A stretch of DNA of 64,000 nucleotides from Octopus sinensis (taxonomy: Eukaryota), in assembly GCF_006345805.1 (NCBI RefSeq), contig NC_043004.1, forward strand, positions 44,454,001 to 44,518,000, read 5' to 3'. Within the stretch, counting starts at the first letter, position 1; each line of letters starts with the position of its first letter. A program made the position numbers and the translations under genes. Below, piece after piece: positions 52,241 through 64,000 of this stretch. The notes below the pieces were generated by a model. It made no database searches. It saw nothing but the letters and a program-made list of their open reading frames with translations, and was not told the origin of the DNA.

Positions 52241-53281
52241 GACATATACATACATACTTTACGTACGTACTACATACATACATGCATACATACATACATA
52301 CATACATACATACATACGCAAGTACATACGTACAAACTTATGTAAAGTAGTTTCTTCAATTATTTGAATGTAAACTTTCTTAGCCAGCTACAAGATTTTC
52401 CGATTCTCTGTGAATTCAAATTTCTTCTGATGTTAGTGTCAACGAACTGCAAAATTAATAATGTTGCATAAATTAGTTATTTGAAGCCACGACCCTCGAG
52501 TATTCTTTGTATCGGTAACATATCCGCCACTTTTGTAAATAAATAATAATTCATGTTTGGAATGTCTCCTAACAAATATAAAACTAACAATTAATGAAGT
52601 CTCCTCGAAATGTTTTCGGATGATATTTTATAGACTCATGGAAGAAAGAAGCTGCATACGTTCTTTAAAACCAGTCATCGGTCTGTTCCGCATCTTCTAT
52701 TCGCCTTTGAGGCATCAATGTTATAGCATTGGAATACAAAGTTTGTAAGTTTTTAACGTCAGTACAAGTAAAACCACCAAATGGATAAGTCGTTCATTTT
52801 TTGGTTGATGTTCACCGTGCATAGGTGTACAGTTATTACAATCTTTGTCTGGTATATTTCCTAAATTCGAAGTATAATTTCCGTGTTCATGGCTTAAAGA
52901 CCAACGCTTTTATCATTCCTGAGAAAGTTTGAAAAATAAAACCGGAAACACTTGGGCTGTGTGTGGTATTTTTGTATATGCTTGTTATCATGTCTGCAAA
53001 TGAATGAATAAAGTACCTAATAGATGGTGTAAAGCTGCAGTACTCTACATTTTTTTTCATCCCGGGTCGATTCCATGTAAGGCAATTTTTGTTATAGACT
53101 AAGGGATCATGCACGTAACAAAACACAATCAATTGTATAATATAGGATTTAATTATTGCAGATAGATAGATAGATAGACAGACAGACGGACGGACGGACG
53201 GATAGACGGATAGATGGATAGATAGATAGAACACATACATTTTTAAAGCAAAAACACCCCGTCCAAGCTGCAATAGTTTGT

Positions 53282-53503
53282 ATAATGGTTTCAAATTTTG
53301 GCACAAGTTTTGAAACTTCGGTAGAGGGGATAAGTCGTTTACATTGACCTCAGTACTCAACTGGTACTTAGTTTATCGACGCCAAAAAAGAAATGGCAAA
53401 GTCGACTTCACCGTAATTTGAAGCCAGAACATGAAGACGGAAGAAATACCGCTTAGTATTTCAATTCGCTTTGCATCCTAACGACTCTGCTGGCTCACCG
53501 CCT
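53282..53503 (-). mobile_element. SINE family B, tail type 1
   Basis: Minus strand AAGGCGGTGAGCCAGCAGAGTCGTTAG..GTCGACTTTGCC..CTTGTGCCAAAATTTGAAACCATTAT. Confidence 0.8.
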
Positions 53504-54050
53504 TAATAGCTTGTATAATAGAAATAATATTTAGTAATTTTTTCTTTCTATGCGATCAGTTATCATATGATCAATGGCATAGTACTGCTCCGCGGGTCAG
53601 TTGTTGGGGAGCACTGGGGAAACATTCGTTGGATGTCTCCGCTCTTACACGATGTTAATGGTGGCAGCATGGGTGAAAAGTTGACCAGTTCGCTTTACAC
53701 TCACAAGGTCACTGGTTCAATCCCACTGCGTGGCGTCTAGAATGAGTGTCTTTAGATTATTACATCGGGTTGACTTATGTCTTTTGAGGGAAAATATGTA
53801 GAGGAAGTCGTATAGAATCTGATCGTATGCGTTGTATGCATTGTACTTATAATTCAGTAGTAAATGCTTTCAACTAAAAACAAATATAGTTAATGGTGTA
53901 GGTATTTATGGAATACTCAGCCAGTTCAAAGCTAATTCAATAAAGGGGCAATTGATCATCGAAACAGGCGGAGTTCCATTTAATTATTCAGAATTAAGAT
54001 GCTTTTATTATTCTAACACATTTATTCACCTCAGTTGATAAGGAAAAATA

Positions 54051-54446
54051 ACAGGGGTGGCTGTGTGGTAGGTAGCTTGCTTACCAACCACATAATTCCG
54101 GGTTCAGTCCCATGCGTGGTACCTTGGGCAAGTGTCTTCTACTATAGCCTCGGGCCGAACAAAGCTTTGTGAGTGGATTTGGTAGACGGAAACTGAAAGA
54201 AGCCCGTCGTATATATGTATATATATGTGTGTGTGTGTATTTGTGTGTCTGTGTCTGTCCCCCAACATCGCTGGACAACCGATGCAGCTGTGTTTACGTG
54301 CCCGTAACTTGGCGGTTCGGCAAAAGAGACCGACACAATAAGTACTAAACTTACAAAGAATAAGTCCTGGGGGAAATTTGCTCGACTAAAGGCATGCTCC
54401 AGTATGGCCGCAGTCAAATGACTGAAACAAGTAAAAGATAAAAGTA
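54051..54446 (+). mobile_element. SINE family A
   Basis: Full module order. Confidence 0.9.
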
Positions 54447-54499
54447 TATAGCTCCTCCCAAATATTCGAAGTTTGTTTGGATTAAGATTTATTTTAATC

Positions 54500-54670
54500 A
54501 TAGGCGCAAGGCATGGAATTTCGTCCTAAGGGACCAATCGATAACCTCGATCCCAATCTTCTATGGGTATTTAATTTATCAATGCCGAGAAGGCGAAACA
54601 CAAAATCGGCTTCATGTAAATATAGACGAAATACCTTTTGTCTGGCAGCTAATAATGCTGCTAACTCGCC
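54500..54670 (-). mobile_element. Very degenerate SINE family B copy
   Basis: GGCGAGTTAGCAG head, GGTATTTCGTC and GATAAATTAAATACC remnants on the minus strand. Confidence 0.5.
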
Positions 54671-54946
54671 TCCTATATTTTTATTATAATTAGACTTCAG
54701 CCAATATATCTAATCCTATCGGGACGTTAAAATTCATGCGAGTATATGATATAAATTTGCATATATGGAGTTGAGCACTTATGATGCTAATGTATTTACA
54801 TATAAACAACGGGATATGTTATAGGCATGTGTATGTTAAACCTATTTCAGAGCCGGGCCTGCAATTTAAACACATACTAAAGTGCAATTACAAATATTGG
54901 TACATATATACTACATACGTGTATAAATATATATATATATATATAC

Positions 54947-54988
<42 letters not shown>

Positions 54989-54989
54989 A

Positions 54990-57630
54990 TACTTTACTTT
55001 GATACTTTGATAGGTTTCGGCCATTATTGGCCCAGGCCATGTCTAACTTATAGCACCACCTGGTGAAGTCTTTCAAGTCAAATTTGGGCACTATGGCCCA
55101 CTCAAGTAGAGAGTTATTGTTTACAGAGACATATCCGGGTGTAGGGGGTTTATCCGGGATTTCTTGAAGGAATCTGTCCAAAGACTTCTTGAACCCTATA
55201 GGGTCAGTTTCTGTCTTAATGTGTTTTGGTGTAATGTTAAAGAGAGCGGGGCCAATTGAGGTGAAATAATTGTGCCGTATTGTTGTTATGAGATGAGAGT
55301 GCGATTTTTGTTTTGGGCGGATGGCACGGGGCCCAAGCCTTGGATGTACCTTAAAGGTGATGCCAACATCGTTTGGGCAATGCTGATGGAATATTTTCCA
55401 CATCATGCAGATGATGTAGCGCTCACGACGACGTTGGAGAGAATAGAGTTTTAGCTTTTCTAGTCGACCCCAATAGTCGAGGCCTGTCATGCCATCTATC
55501 TTTTTTGTGATTGCCCTTTGAGGTGCTTCCTTTTTATGATACCTTGTATTGTGTGGGGAGACCACAGTGGACAACAGTATTCAGGTGGGGTCGGGCAAAA
55601 GTGGAGAAGAGAAGGATTATGGTGTGGATATCTCTCGACTGGAAAGTTCTGAGAATCCAGGAACACATTCAACTTTGGTGTTTATATGAGTGGCCCAGCT
55701 TATGTTTTGTCCACAATTACTCCCAAGTCTCTGATGTTGTTGGACGCCGCGAGAGTTTCACCTGAAGGAAGGGAGTATGGGAGTTTCAGGGCATCCTCTT
55801 TTCCAAAGTGGATTAGCTCAAATTTATCCTCGTTCAGCAGCATATTGTTTTTTTTTCTGCCCATTGGATAACCCAGTAGATCTGACTGAAGGCATGTCCG
55901 GTCACTCGCCTCATTTTTGACCTTCTGTAGCTTGGAGTCATCTGCAAATATTTTTATGTTGCTGTGCTTGATGATGTCATTAATGTCAATTAATGTAAAT
56001 GATGAAAAGAAGTGGGCCCAGCACAGTGCCTTGCGGAACGCCACTACTGACTTTGGCTGGGCTTGATTTTACCCCTTCAACTACAACATGTTGAGATCTG
56101 TCTGTCAGGAAACACTTGATCCATTTCAGTAACTTTCCAGAGACACCAATGTTGGATATTTTTTTCAATAGGATCTTGTGATCGACCCTGTCGAAGGCCT
56201 TACTGAAATCAAGGTAGATGACATCGGTGTTGGAGCCCTCTCCCAAAGCTCTCAAAATGTCCTCAAAGTGATGCAGGAGCTGCGTTAGGCAGTCCCTTCC
56301 ATTACGGAACCCATGTTGGTTGGAGATCAGCCGTCTGTTGCTTTCCAGAAATTGGGTTATTCGAGATCTCACCACCCTCTCAAATACCTTGATGATATGA
56401 GAGGTGAGTAAGATCGGACGGTAATTCACTGCAAGGGACTTGTTTCCCTTTTTGAAAACTGGGACAACAGACTGGGACAGAAGGTTTTTTGGAATATAGC
56501 CAGCATCCAGTGAGTTTCTCCACAGATTAGCAAGGGGAGATGCAAGTTGGTGTCGACACACCTTCAGGACACAAGCAGGGAACCTATCGGGGCCTACTGC
56601 TGAATTGTGTTTTATTTCGTTTATCGCCGCTAGACATCAGGGTCACTAAACGTTATGTCCGATATAGTGTGTTGGGGGTTGACATCACTGATACAGCCCA
56701 GATCGGCTATATCAGGATTGCTGAAAACAGAGCAGTAATTGTTTCTGCAGTAATCTCGGCCATGGATTGGCATTATCTTGGAGAGTCCAGTTTCGTCAAT
56801 TAGAGGGCCTACAGTGGAGACAGTGACCCTGCGTTTCCTCGCAAATGAAAAGAAGACTTTGGGGTTGAGTTTGAATTTTTCAATGGCCCACTTCTCCTCA
56901 GCTGATCTTGGTTATTGATGAGGGTCTTCATGCATTGTTGGAGGTTATATTTTTTGGATTCAAGCAGTGCGATAGCCGTCGAATGTGTGTGTTCTGTTGG
57001 CAGTACTTTTTTTGTTAATTTTTTTGTTTGTTCTTTTTATTTTTCTGATAATGGTTTTTCTGTTTTGGGGATTCTGCAGTTTTGTTCACAGGTCTTGGTG
57101 GGGAGTGTTTTGCACATATGTCTGTGACGGTGTCTACAAAGATCTGCCAATGTTTTATGTTGGTGGAGATGTGTGTATGTGTAAAGGACCAGTCAACATG
57201 TGATAGCGCATTGCTGATTGCATCCCAGTTGGCATTATGGAGATCCATGTTGTCAAATGGGTGGGCTGGAGGAGGTCACTAGGATTAGCTTTCGGCTGGT
57301 GGAATTTCATGTTACAGAGAACCATGTCATGGTCTGAAAGAAGGGTTTTTCACTGTAACGTTATGTATAGTGTTAGTGTGGTTACTAAACACTAGGTCAA
57401 AATGTTCTGATGTCTTGTTGGTGCAAGGACAAGTGGGACAAGAAAACTCATTCGTAAAGTCGAAAAGTGACTCTGCTGCTTCTTGTCAGCGGTTGAGGCG
57501 GGAGTGCTTGGTTTCAACAAAACAGTTTGTAGTCCAGTCAACACAGGGTAGATTGAAGTCTCCCATCATGAGTATGTTGCTAGAATGGCACTGTTGAATA
57601 AAGCACTTAATGCTGTTGAGGCATTTTTAA
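54990..57630 (-). mobile_element. 5'-truncated CR1-group LINE (end of APE + RT), frameshifted
   Basis: Minus-strand motifs ILMMGDFN, SDH, SAVGPD, NYRPILLTS, NQHGFR, YLDFSKAFDRVDH, SGVPQGTVLGPLLF, IFADDSKL, LYSLQRRRER, FKKSLDRFL. 3' end in short tandem repeats (ATCAAAGT/AAAGT). (TA)n on both sides. Confidence 0.92.
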
Positions 57631-57806
57631 ATCACAGATATATATATATCTTTATATGTATGTATAATATATATATATATTATATATAATATATATTCTT
57701 TATATGTATATTATATATATACTATATATATTATATATCTATATATATAGTACGTTTAAATATTTGTTGTGCAAGATTTTTTATGTGTAGTCGTGTGTTG
57801 AAACAG

Positions 57807-58148
57807 ATATTGTTATATTTCGGAATGGTCATTTTGCCAGTTTAGCCAATAAAAACACACTCACTATATATTTGGTGTTACTTTGCTTCAGTGTTATTTA
57901 TTTTTTACATTAATCTTAATCTTATTCCAGCCAGAGTTCTTTCGGCACATTCCTGTGACCGCATCAGTGGTCCTTTGTTTTCTTCTTTCTTATTTGTGTA
58001 TCTCCTTACTAAGTAAGGAACTCTGGCTGGAATAAGATTAAGATTAATGAAAAAATAAATAACCTGAAGCAAAGTAACACCAAATATATAGTGCGTGTGT
58101 TTTTATTGGCTAAACTGGCAAAATGACCATTCCGAAATATAACAATAT
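57807..58148. mobile_element. MITE with ~131-bp near-perfect TIRs
   Basis: 57807-57939 is the reverse complement of 58018-58148 with very few differences. Spacer 78 bp; the right end abuts (TA)n. Confidence 0.88.
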
Positions 58149-58155
58149 ATATATA

Positions 58156-58196
<41 letters not shown>

Positions 58197-58254
58197 AACT
58201 TTACATCTCTCTACGCTCGTTTCGACACATGTTGCATCTTAAATATTAATATAT

Positions 58255-58357
58255 GTTCAGTCCCACTGCGTGGCACCTTGGGCAAGTGTCTTCTACTATA
58301 GCCGCGGGCCGAACAAAGCCTTGTGAGTGGATTTGGTAGACGGAAAGAAACCTGTCT
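58255..58357 (+). mobile_element. SINE family A fragment (B box to microsatellite)
   Basis: GTTCAGTCCCACTGCGTGGCACCTTGGGCAAGTGTCTTC..GGTAGACGGAAA. Confidence 0.85.
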
Positions 58358-58365
58358 TATATATG

Positions 58366-58443
<78 letters not shown>

Positions 58444-59317
58444 TGTGCATATGTGTGTGTATGTGTGTGTGTGTTTACGTAATTAAATATGGGTATGTAT
58501 TTAACTCAGAAAGCTCGGTATTTTCCTACTCTGTATATTTGAAACATTTATTTCAATATCGATACATATACAATATTGTTTTTCCTATTATCTTTATTCG
58601 TTGAAATGTAAACATTATGATTAGCTCCATCATAGTAGATGGTGTACTATTGTAGGATTAACAGCCATATACCAAAAGTATGTGGTATTTTATATATTAC
58701 AAGATCATATTGATTTCACTGGAGATATCTAACTATTGACTTGTTTGCAGTACATTACAATGTCCATAATCTTATTAGAAAACTTACGTTCGATGAATAC
58801 ATACTTGAGTAAACAGCTACAAATTAAAAAAAAAAATATATATATATATAAACATACACATATAGATGTATATATATATATATAATATATATATATATAT
58901 ATAATATCTATATATATAATATATATATAACATATTACAGATGATGAGAGACGGAAAATGGAATATTGGTGGAAATTTATTGCATATACATTCCATTTCG
59001 ACCAATCCTGCATCGATCTCTCGTGGGTAGCATACTGCACCAACTGGTTGTGTTGCATCCCTCGGTGTAGAAGTGTCTCATCAGGTGATTTTACAAGTAG
59101 CATCTCGTTAAAGACACCCTCAAGCAACACTGAGGAATTCCTGAGGTAAATCCAGCGAATGATGTGTAAATACCGTGAATGACGTTAGGTAGCTTTAAGT
59201 AGTGAACGTGCTTCATCGGCTAACTGCTAGCTATATACCCAATACTTAAATAAGTGTGTGTATGTATGAGTGTGTGTGTGTATGCATGGCTCCGAATATA
59301 GGCGTATGTGCATACAT

Positions 59318-59703
59318 GTTCATGTGGCTCTGTTGTAAGAAGTGTCCTTCACAACCACATGCTTCTCGGGTTCAGTCCCACTGCGTGCCACCTTTGGCAA
59401 GTATTTCCTACAAACAATATCCTTGAGTCTTGTGAGTGAACTTGGTTCACAGAGACTGAAAGAAGCCCTTCGTATATATAACCTGATATCTGTGTGTGCA
59501 TGTGTTTTTGTGCATTTATTTGTCCCTTACACCTGTTGATAACCGGCGTCGGGGTGTTTAAGCCTCCCTAACATAACCGTTTGGCATAAATTAAGTACGA
59601 GGCTTAAAAAGAAACTACTAACTTTAATTTGTTCCACTAAAACTTTTCAAGGCTGTGCTACAGCATGGCCGCAATGTAATGAGTGAAACAACTAAAGGCT
59701 AAA
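59318..59703 (+). mobile_element. SINE family A, old divergent copy
   Basis: GGGTTCAGTCCCACTGCGTG..GACTGAAAGAAGCCC..CAGCATGGCCGCAAT. Confidence 0.78.
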
Positions 59704-60323
59704 TGGTAATAGATATGCATATACACATATTCACACACATGCGTGCGCGCACTCACACACGCGTATACACACTTCTGCACACACTCATGCATGCGCATTA
59801 ACACCCTGTAAACTCCTCAGTTTTCATCTACGAGTCAACCGAATTCCACCACAGCAATAAATTAAGTCCATAAACTGACACCAAAGGTTTGCCATAACCT
59901 TGGCTACAGCTTCAGATGTTACGAAATATTGCGACTCACAAACAAGGTATTTTAAATGAGGATAGAATGAAATCTGTCAAATTTCTTGCTTTAACCACAG
60001 ATCGAGACTGCTTCGTACATTCTGTTGATTTAAATCTTGGCGCTTAGAAATGGAAAAACTGGAAAAAACAACGGAGTCCATAGAAAGACATATATGACCA
60101 GACGGAACAAGAGGTGTAGAAAGAGATGATGAGAAAGACATTATTGACAGAGATAATAAGTGGAGAAATAAGGAGAGAAATAGTGAAATAAGGAGAGAAA
60201 TAGTAAGACAGAAAGATTTCGTGAATTTCTGTCAAAAGGAACAGAACAGAACAGAGGAAAAATGAAGTATGTGATAGCAAAATGAACGGAATAGAAAGAG
60301 AGATAGACCCACACACATACATA

Positions 60324-60460
60324 TTCTCTCTTTTACTCTTTTACTCTTTTAATTGTTTCAGTCATTTGGCTGCGGCTATGCTGGAGCACCGCCTTTAGTC
60401 GAGCAAATTGTCCCCAGCACTTATTCTTTGTTTGCCTAATACTTATTCTATCGTTCTCTA
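60324..60460 (-). mobile_element. SINE family A 3' fragment
   Basis: (TCTTTTAC)n..GCTGGAGCACCGCCTTTAGTCGAGCAAAT. Confidence 0.85.
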
Positions 60461-61698
60461 CTTACCACATAGCCAAAATGCATACATACATACGTACATA
60501 CATACATTACATACATACATATGTATATACGTACACATACATACATATGTATATATGTACATACACATACATATCTATATATAAGGTTAAAAACTTAAGC
60601 TTTAGAAATACGTGTATCGAAATCATATTTCAGGTCGTAACCTTATGGAAACATTATTTCAGGTCCCAGGTAGCATTTCCGCACAACGCATTCACCACTT
60701 AGCAAACATCGTTCTTATAATTCAAGGAATTCCATGATGGACGTTGGATATTTTATATTACCAAAACAATTGTTTCATCTTTAAGTAGCACTGCTACCTT
60801 GTGGCCATGGAACGATACAATAGCACCAGATGCAACTCACAGTCCATAGAAGGTTCCACGGGCGGGATAATAAGATTCTTCGCTATATTGAGAGATTTTG
60901 ACAGATGCACAGACAAACAGACGCGCACGTTCATACGTTTAAATTCAAATGTACATTAACAACCGTAGGTTCACATGTTTACAGGCAAGTACATTTATAT
61001 ATAATTGTGTATTTAAGTGCTGAGTTGAAGTCCCTGATATGTACTGATGTGTTCAAGAGTATATTTGTATGAACGTGTGAGTGTATAATTATGTGAGTGT
61101 ATAAGTGTACTTGCCTGCAGTCATGTGAGACTGAGAGTGTTATGTCCTGTGGTATGGGTGTCATGGGGCGTGTGGGAGTGTGTATGTGGGGGATCTGTGA
61201 GTATTACGTGAGGGTTTGAGTGCGACTGTGACTGTACCTGTGTGAGTGCATGCGTGTGAACTATAGAGACAGTGTTCATGTGATCTCTGTATTTGTCTGG
61301 CTGGGTGAATCTTTGTGCCCTGACGGATGTATCCGCGTGCATAGAAGTGTTTCTCTATTTGTGTATAGCTATGTGCTTGTGTGATTGACTGACATACATA
61401 CATACATATGGTGATAAGTACTGCCATGTAGCCGTGAGTATAATTATTAATCTGTGCGTTTGAATGTGCGCGTCTGTTTGTCTGTGCGGCTGTCTAACAT
61501 AAAATTTCTCAATACAGCGGAACTCAAATGTAAATCTCCCAGCTTAAAACCATATCATCCCATCTGAGGAGCCTTCTATGCGCTGTGAGACGCATCTGGT
61601 ATTATTGCATCGTTGCATAACCTCAACGGAGCCGTGCATCTTGACGATGAAACAATTGTTGTGGTCATATAATTTTCTTCGTTGGTATATTCCATCTT

Positions 61699-61699
<1 letters not shown>

Positions 61700-61733
<34 letters not shown>

Positions 61734-62296
61734 ATGTATATATATATACATTATATATACATATATATATATACATACATGTATATATATATATACATAC
61801 ATGTATATATATATATACATACATACATATATACATACATGCATATATACATATACATACATATATACATACATATATATATATATATACATATATATGC
61901 ATACATACATATATATATATATACATATATATATATGCATACATACATACGTATATATATACATTCATACATACATATATATATATGTATATATATACAT
62001 ACATACATATATATATATACATTATATATACATATATATATACTACATATATATATATACATATATATATATATACATACATAATATATATATATATTAT
62101 ATAATACATACATACATATATATACATATATATATATACATATATATATATACATACATATATATATACATATATAATATATACATACATAAATATATAT
62201 ATACATACATAAAACATATACATATATATATATATATACATATATAGAAATTCGGGTGAGTACTTGAGTACTATATTATAATATATATATATATAT

Positions 62297-62327
<31 letters not shown>

Positions 62328-62350
62328 TACATATATACACACAACACACA

Positions 62351-62405
<55 letters not shown>
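61700..62405. repeat. (TA)n/(TACA)n microsatellite
   Basis: Direct reading. Confidence 0.97.
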
Positions 62406-62407
<2 letters not shown>

Positions 62408-63253
62408 CTCCCAAAAAGCGAAGAACACAAGAAACAGCAACGCGAGTATATGGTACAGGCAAGTATTATGTTATAAATATATATGTGTGTGTGTGTGTGT
62501 AGTTATCAGAAGAATGGACGAATTTGAGAAAGTGAGAGAAAGAGATAACCGCAAAAAGTGCAAATGTACGATAGCTAATGATGGTGATGGAGATAAAGAA
62601 AAAAAAAGTGAGATTAAGAGAGCCGGTGAAAAGAGATAGAAGATAGATATAACAGAATAACGAAAGAAAAAAAAGATGAGAAAGATTGGTGAAAGCAGAA
62701 GAGTATAGTAGCAAAAGAAGAAAAGAGAAATTGAAACAGAAGTGTGAGAGAGAGAGAATGAAAAAGAGCAAGAGAAAGAGAGGGAGAGAGAGAAGAGAAA
62801 GGAGAGGTAATGATGGTAAATCTATGATGGGGTGGTTTGATAAAAGGACGAGATGAAAAGAGATAGAGCGTACAAGTTCAGACGGTGTCGTTTCAAGTTG
62901 AGACTCGTCAAAGACAGGTTGTACATAGTTAATTGTGTTGCATGTTTTATGTGAAAGAATTGTACAGCAACGCTAACTACGAAAAGAAAAGAAGCAGCAA
63001 CGCATACAATAACGACGATAAAGACAACAACAACGAGAACAACATCTACATAGACATCAATAATAGCAAAAACAACACCAGGATATATAAAAGACGACGG
63101 AAGAAAACGGAAAAGAATGAATTTAAAATTAGGAACGACAAAGACAAGAGAAGTAGACTTGAGAAAGGATAAAATTTGATGAATAGAAAGCAGCGGAAAA
63201 GATGTATGTATGTATGTAGGTATATATATATACATATATATAAATATATATAT

Positions 63254-63294
<41 letters not shown>

Positions 63295-63659
63295 TATATA
63301 CTCATATATACATATGTATATATAGATATATATTCATACATATATGCACACATGTATATATACGTATGTATATATATATAGATATATACTCATATACTCA
63401 TATATACACACATACGTATATATATGTATATATATATATATATATATGGATATGTAGCTAGATAGATTGATACGGAGAGAGACAGACAACAGACAGACAG
63501 ACAGACAGAAGAGGGAGGGAGAGATGAAGAGACAGAGAAGGAGAGAGAGAGAATGGATTACAAAAGAAGCAACCAAATGCATGAATAAATGAAAGACCGA
63601 ACTTAACAGATCACGCATAAATAAAAGAGAAAAAGCGAGGTGCCAGCAGACAGACAAAC

Positions 63660-63815
63660 AGAGAGAGCGAAAGATAGACAGACAGACACATAGATAGATG
63701 ATAGATAGATATCGATATATATATATATATAGATATATATATATATATAGATAGATAGATAGATAGATAGATATATAGATAGAAGATAGATAGATAATAG
63801 ATAGATCGATAGACA
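63660..63815. repeat. (GATA)n/(GACA)n microsatellite
   Basis: Direct reading. Confidence 0.93.
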
Positions 63816-64000
63816 GATCCAGCAGACAAAGAAAGGAATGAAAACAATAAATAAAGAAGATAAAACGACCGAGTGATTCACTAATCAAATGAATAGAACA
63901 AAAGAAACAAAGGTGTGTTTGCATATATATATTGTGTGTGTATGTATATATATGATATCGTACATGTATATATATATGTATATACGTGTATATATGATAT

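Noticed and set aside
388-64000. Dozens of ORFs rich in YI, CV, HT or MYV
   Set aside because: These are stop-poor translations of (TA)n, (TG)n and (TATG)n tracts, open in several frames on both strands.

Overview
AT-rich, microsatellite-dense eukaryotic non-coding DNA. I can support no host protein-coding exon, rRNA, intact tRNA or CRISPR array; nearly all supplied ORFs are microsatellite read-through. The repeat content resembles what I recall of coleoid cephalopod (Octopus-like) genomes, which is an inference and not checked. The window is layered with mobile elements: at least four tRNA-derived SINE families (about 30 copies or fragments; labels A-D are mine), a full-length L1/Tx1-type LINE (27547-32874), two CR1-group LINE pieces, three RLE-type (R4/Dong-like) LINE remnants, a Penelope-like RT remnant, hammerhead-ribozyme-like motifs, mariner and maT remnants, a non-autonomous Helitron and hairpin MITEs. 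The main highlight is a nested pair. The Tx1-like LINE (13-bp TSD) sits between the A and B boxes of a complete SINE that has its own TSD. That SINE ends in a tail matching the 3' end of the LINE (32/42 nt), whereas other copies of the family carry a different tail. This suggests a LINE that both mobilises the SINE and may use it as a target.
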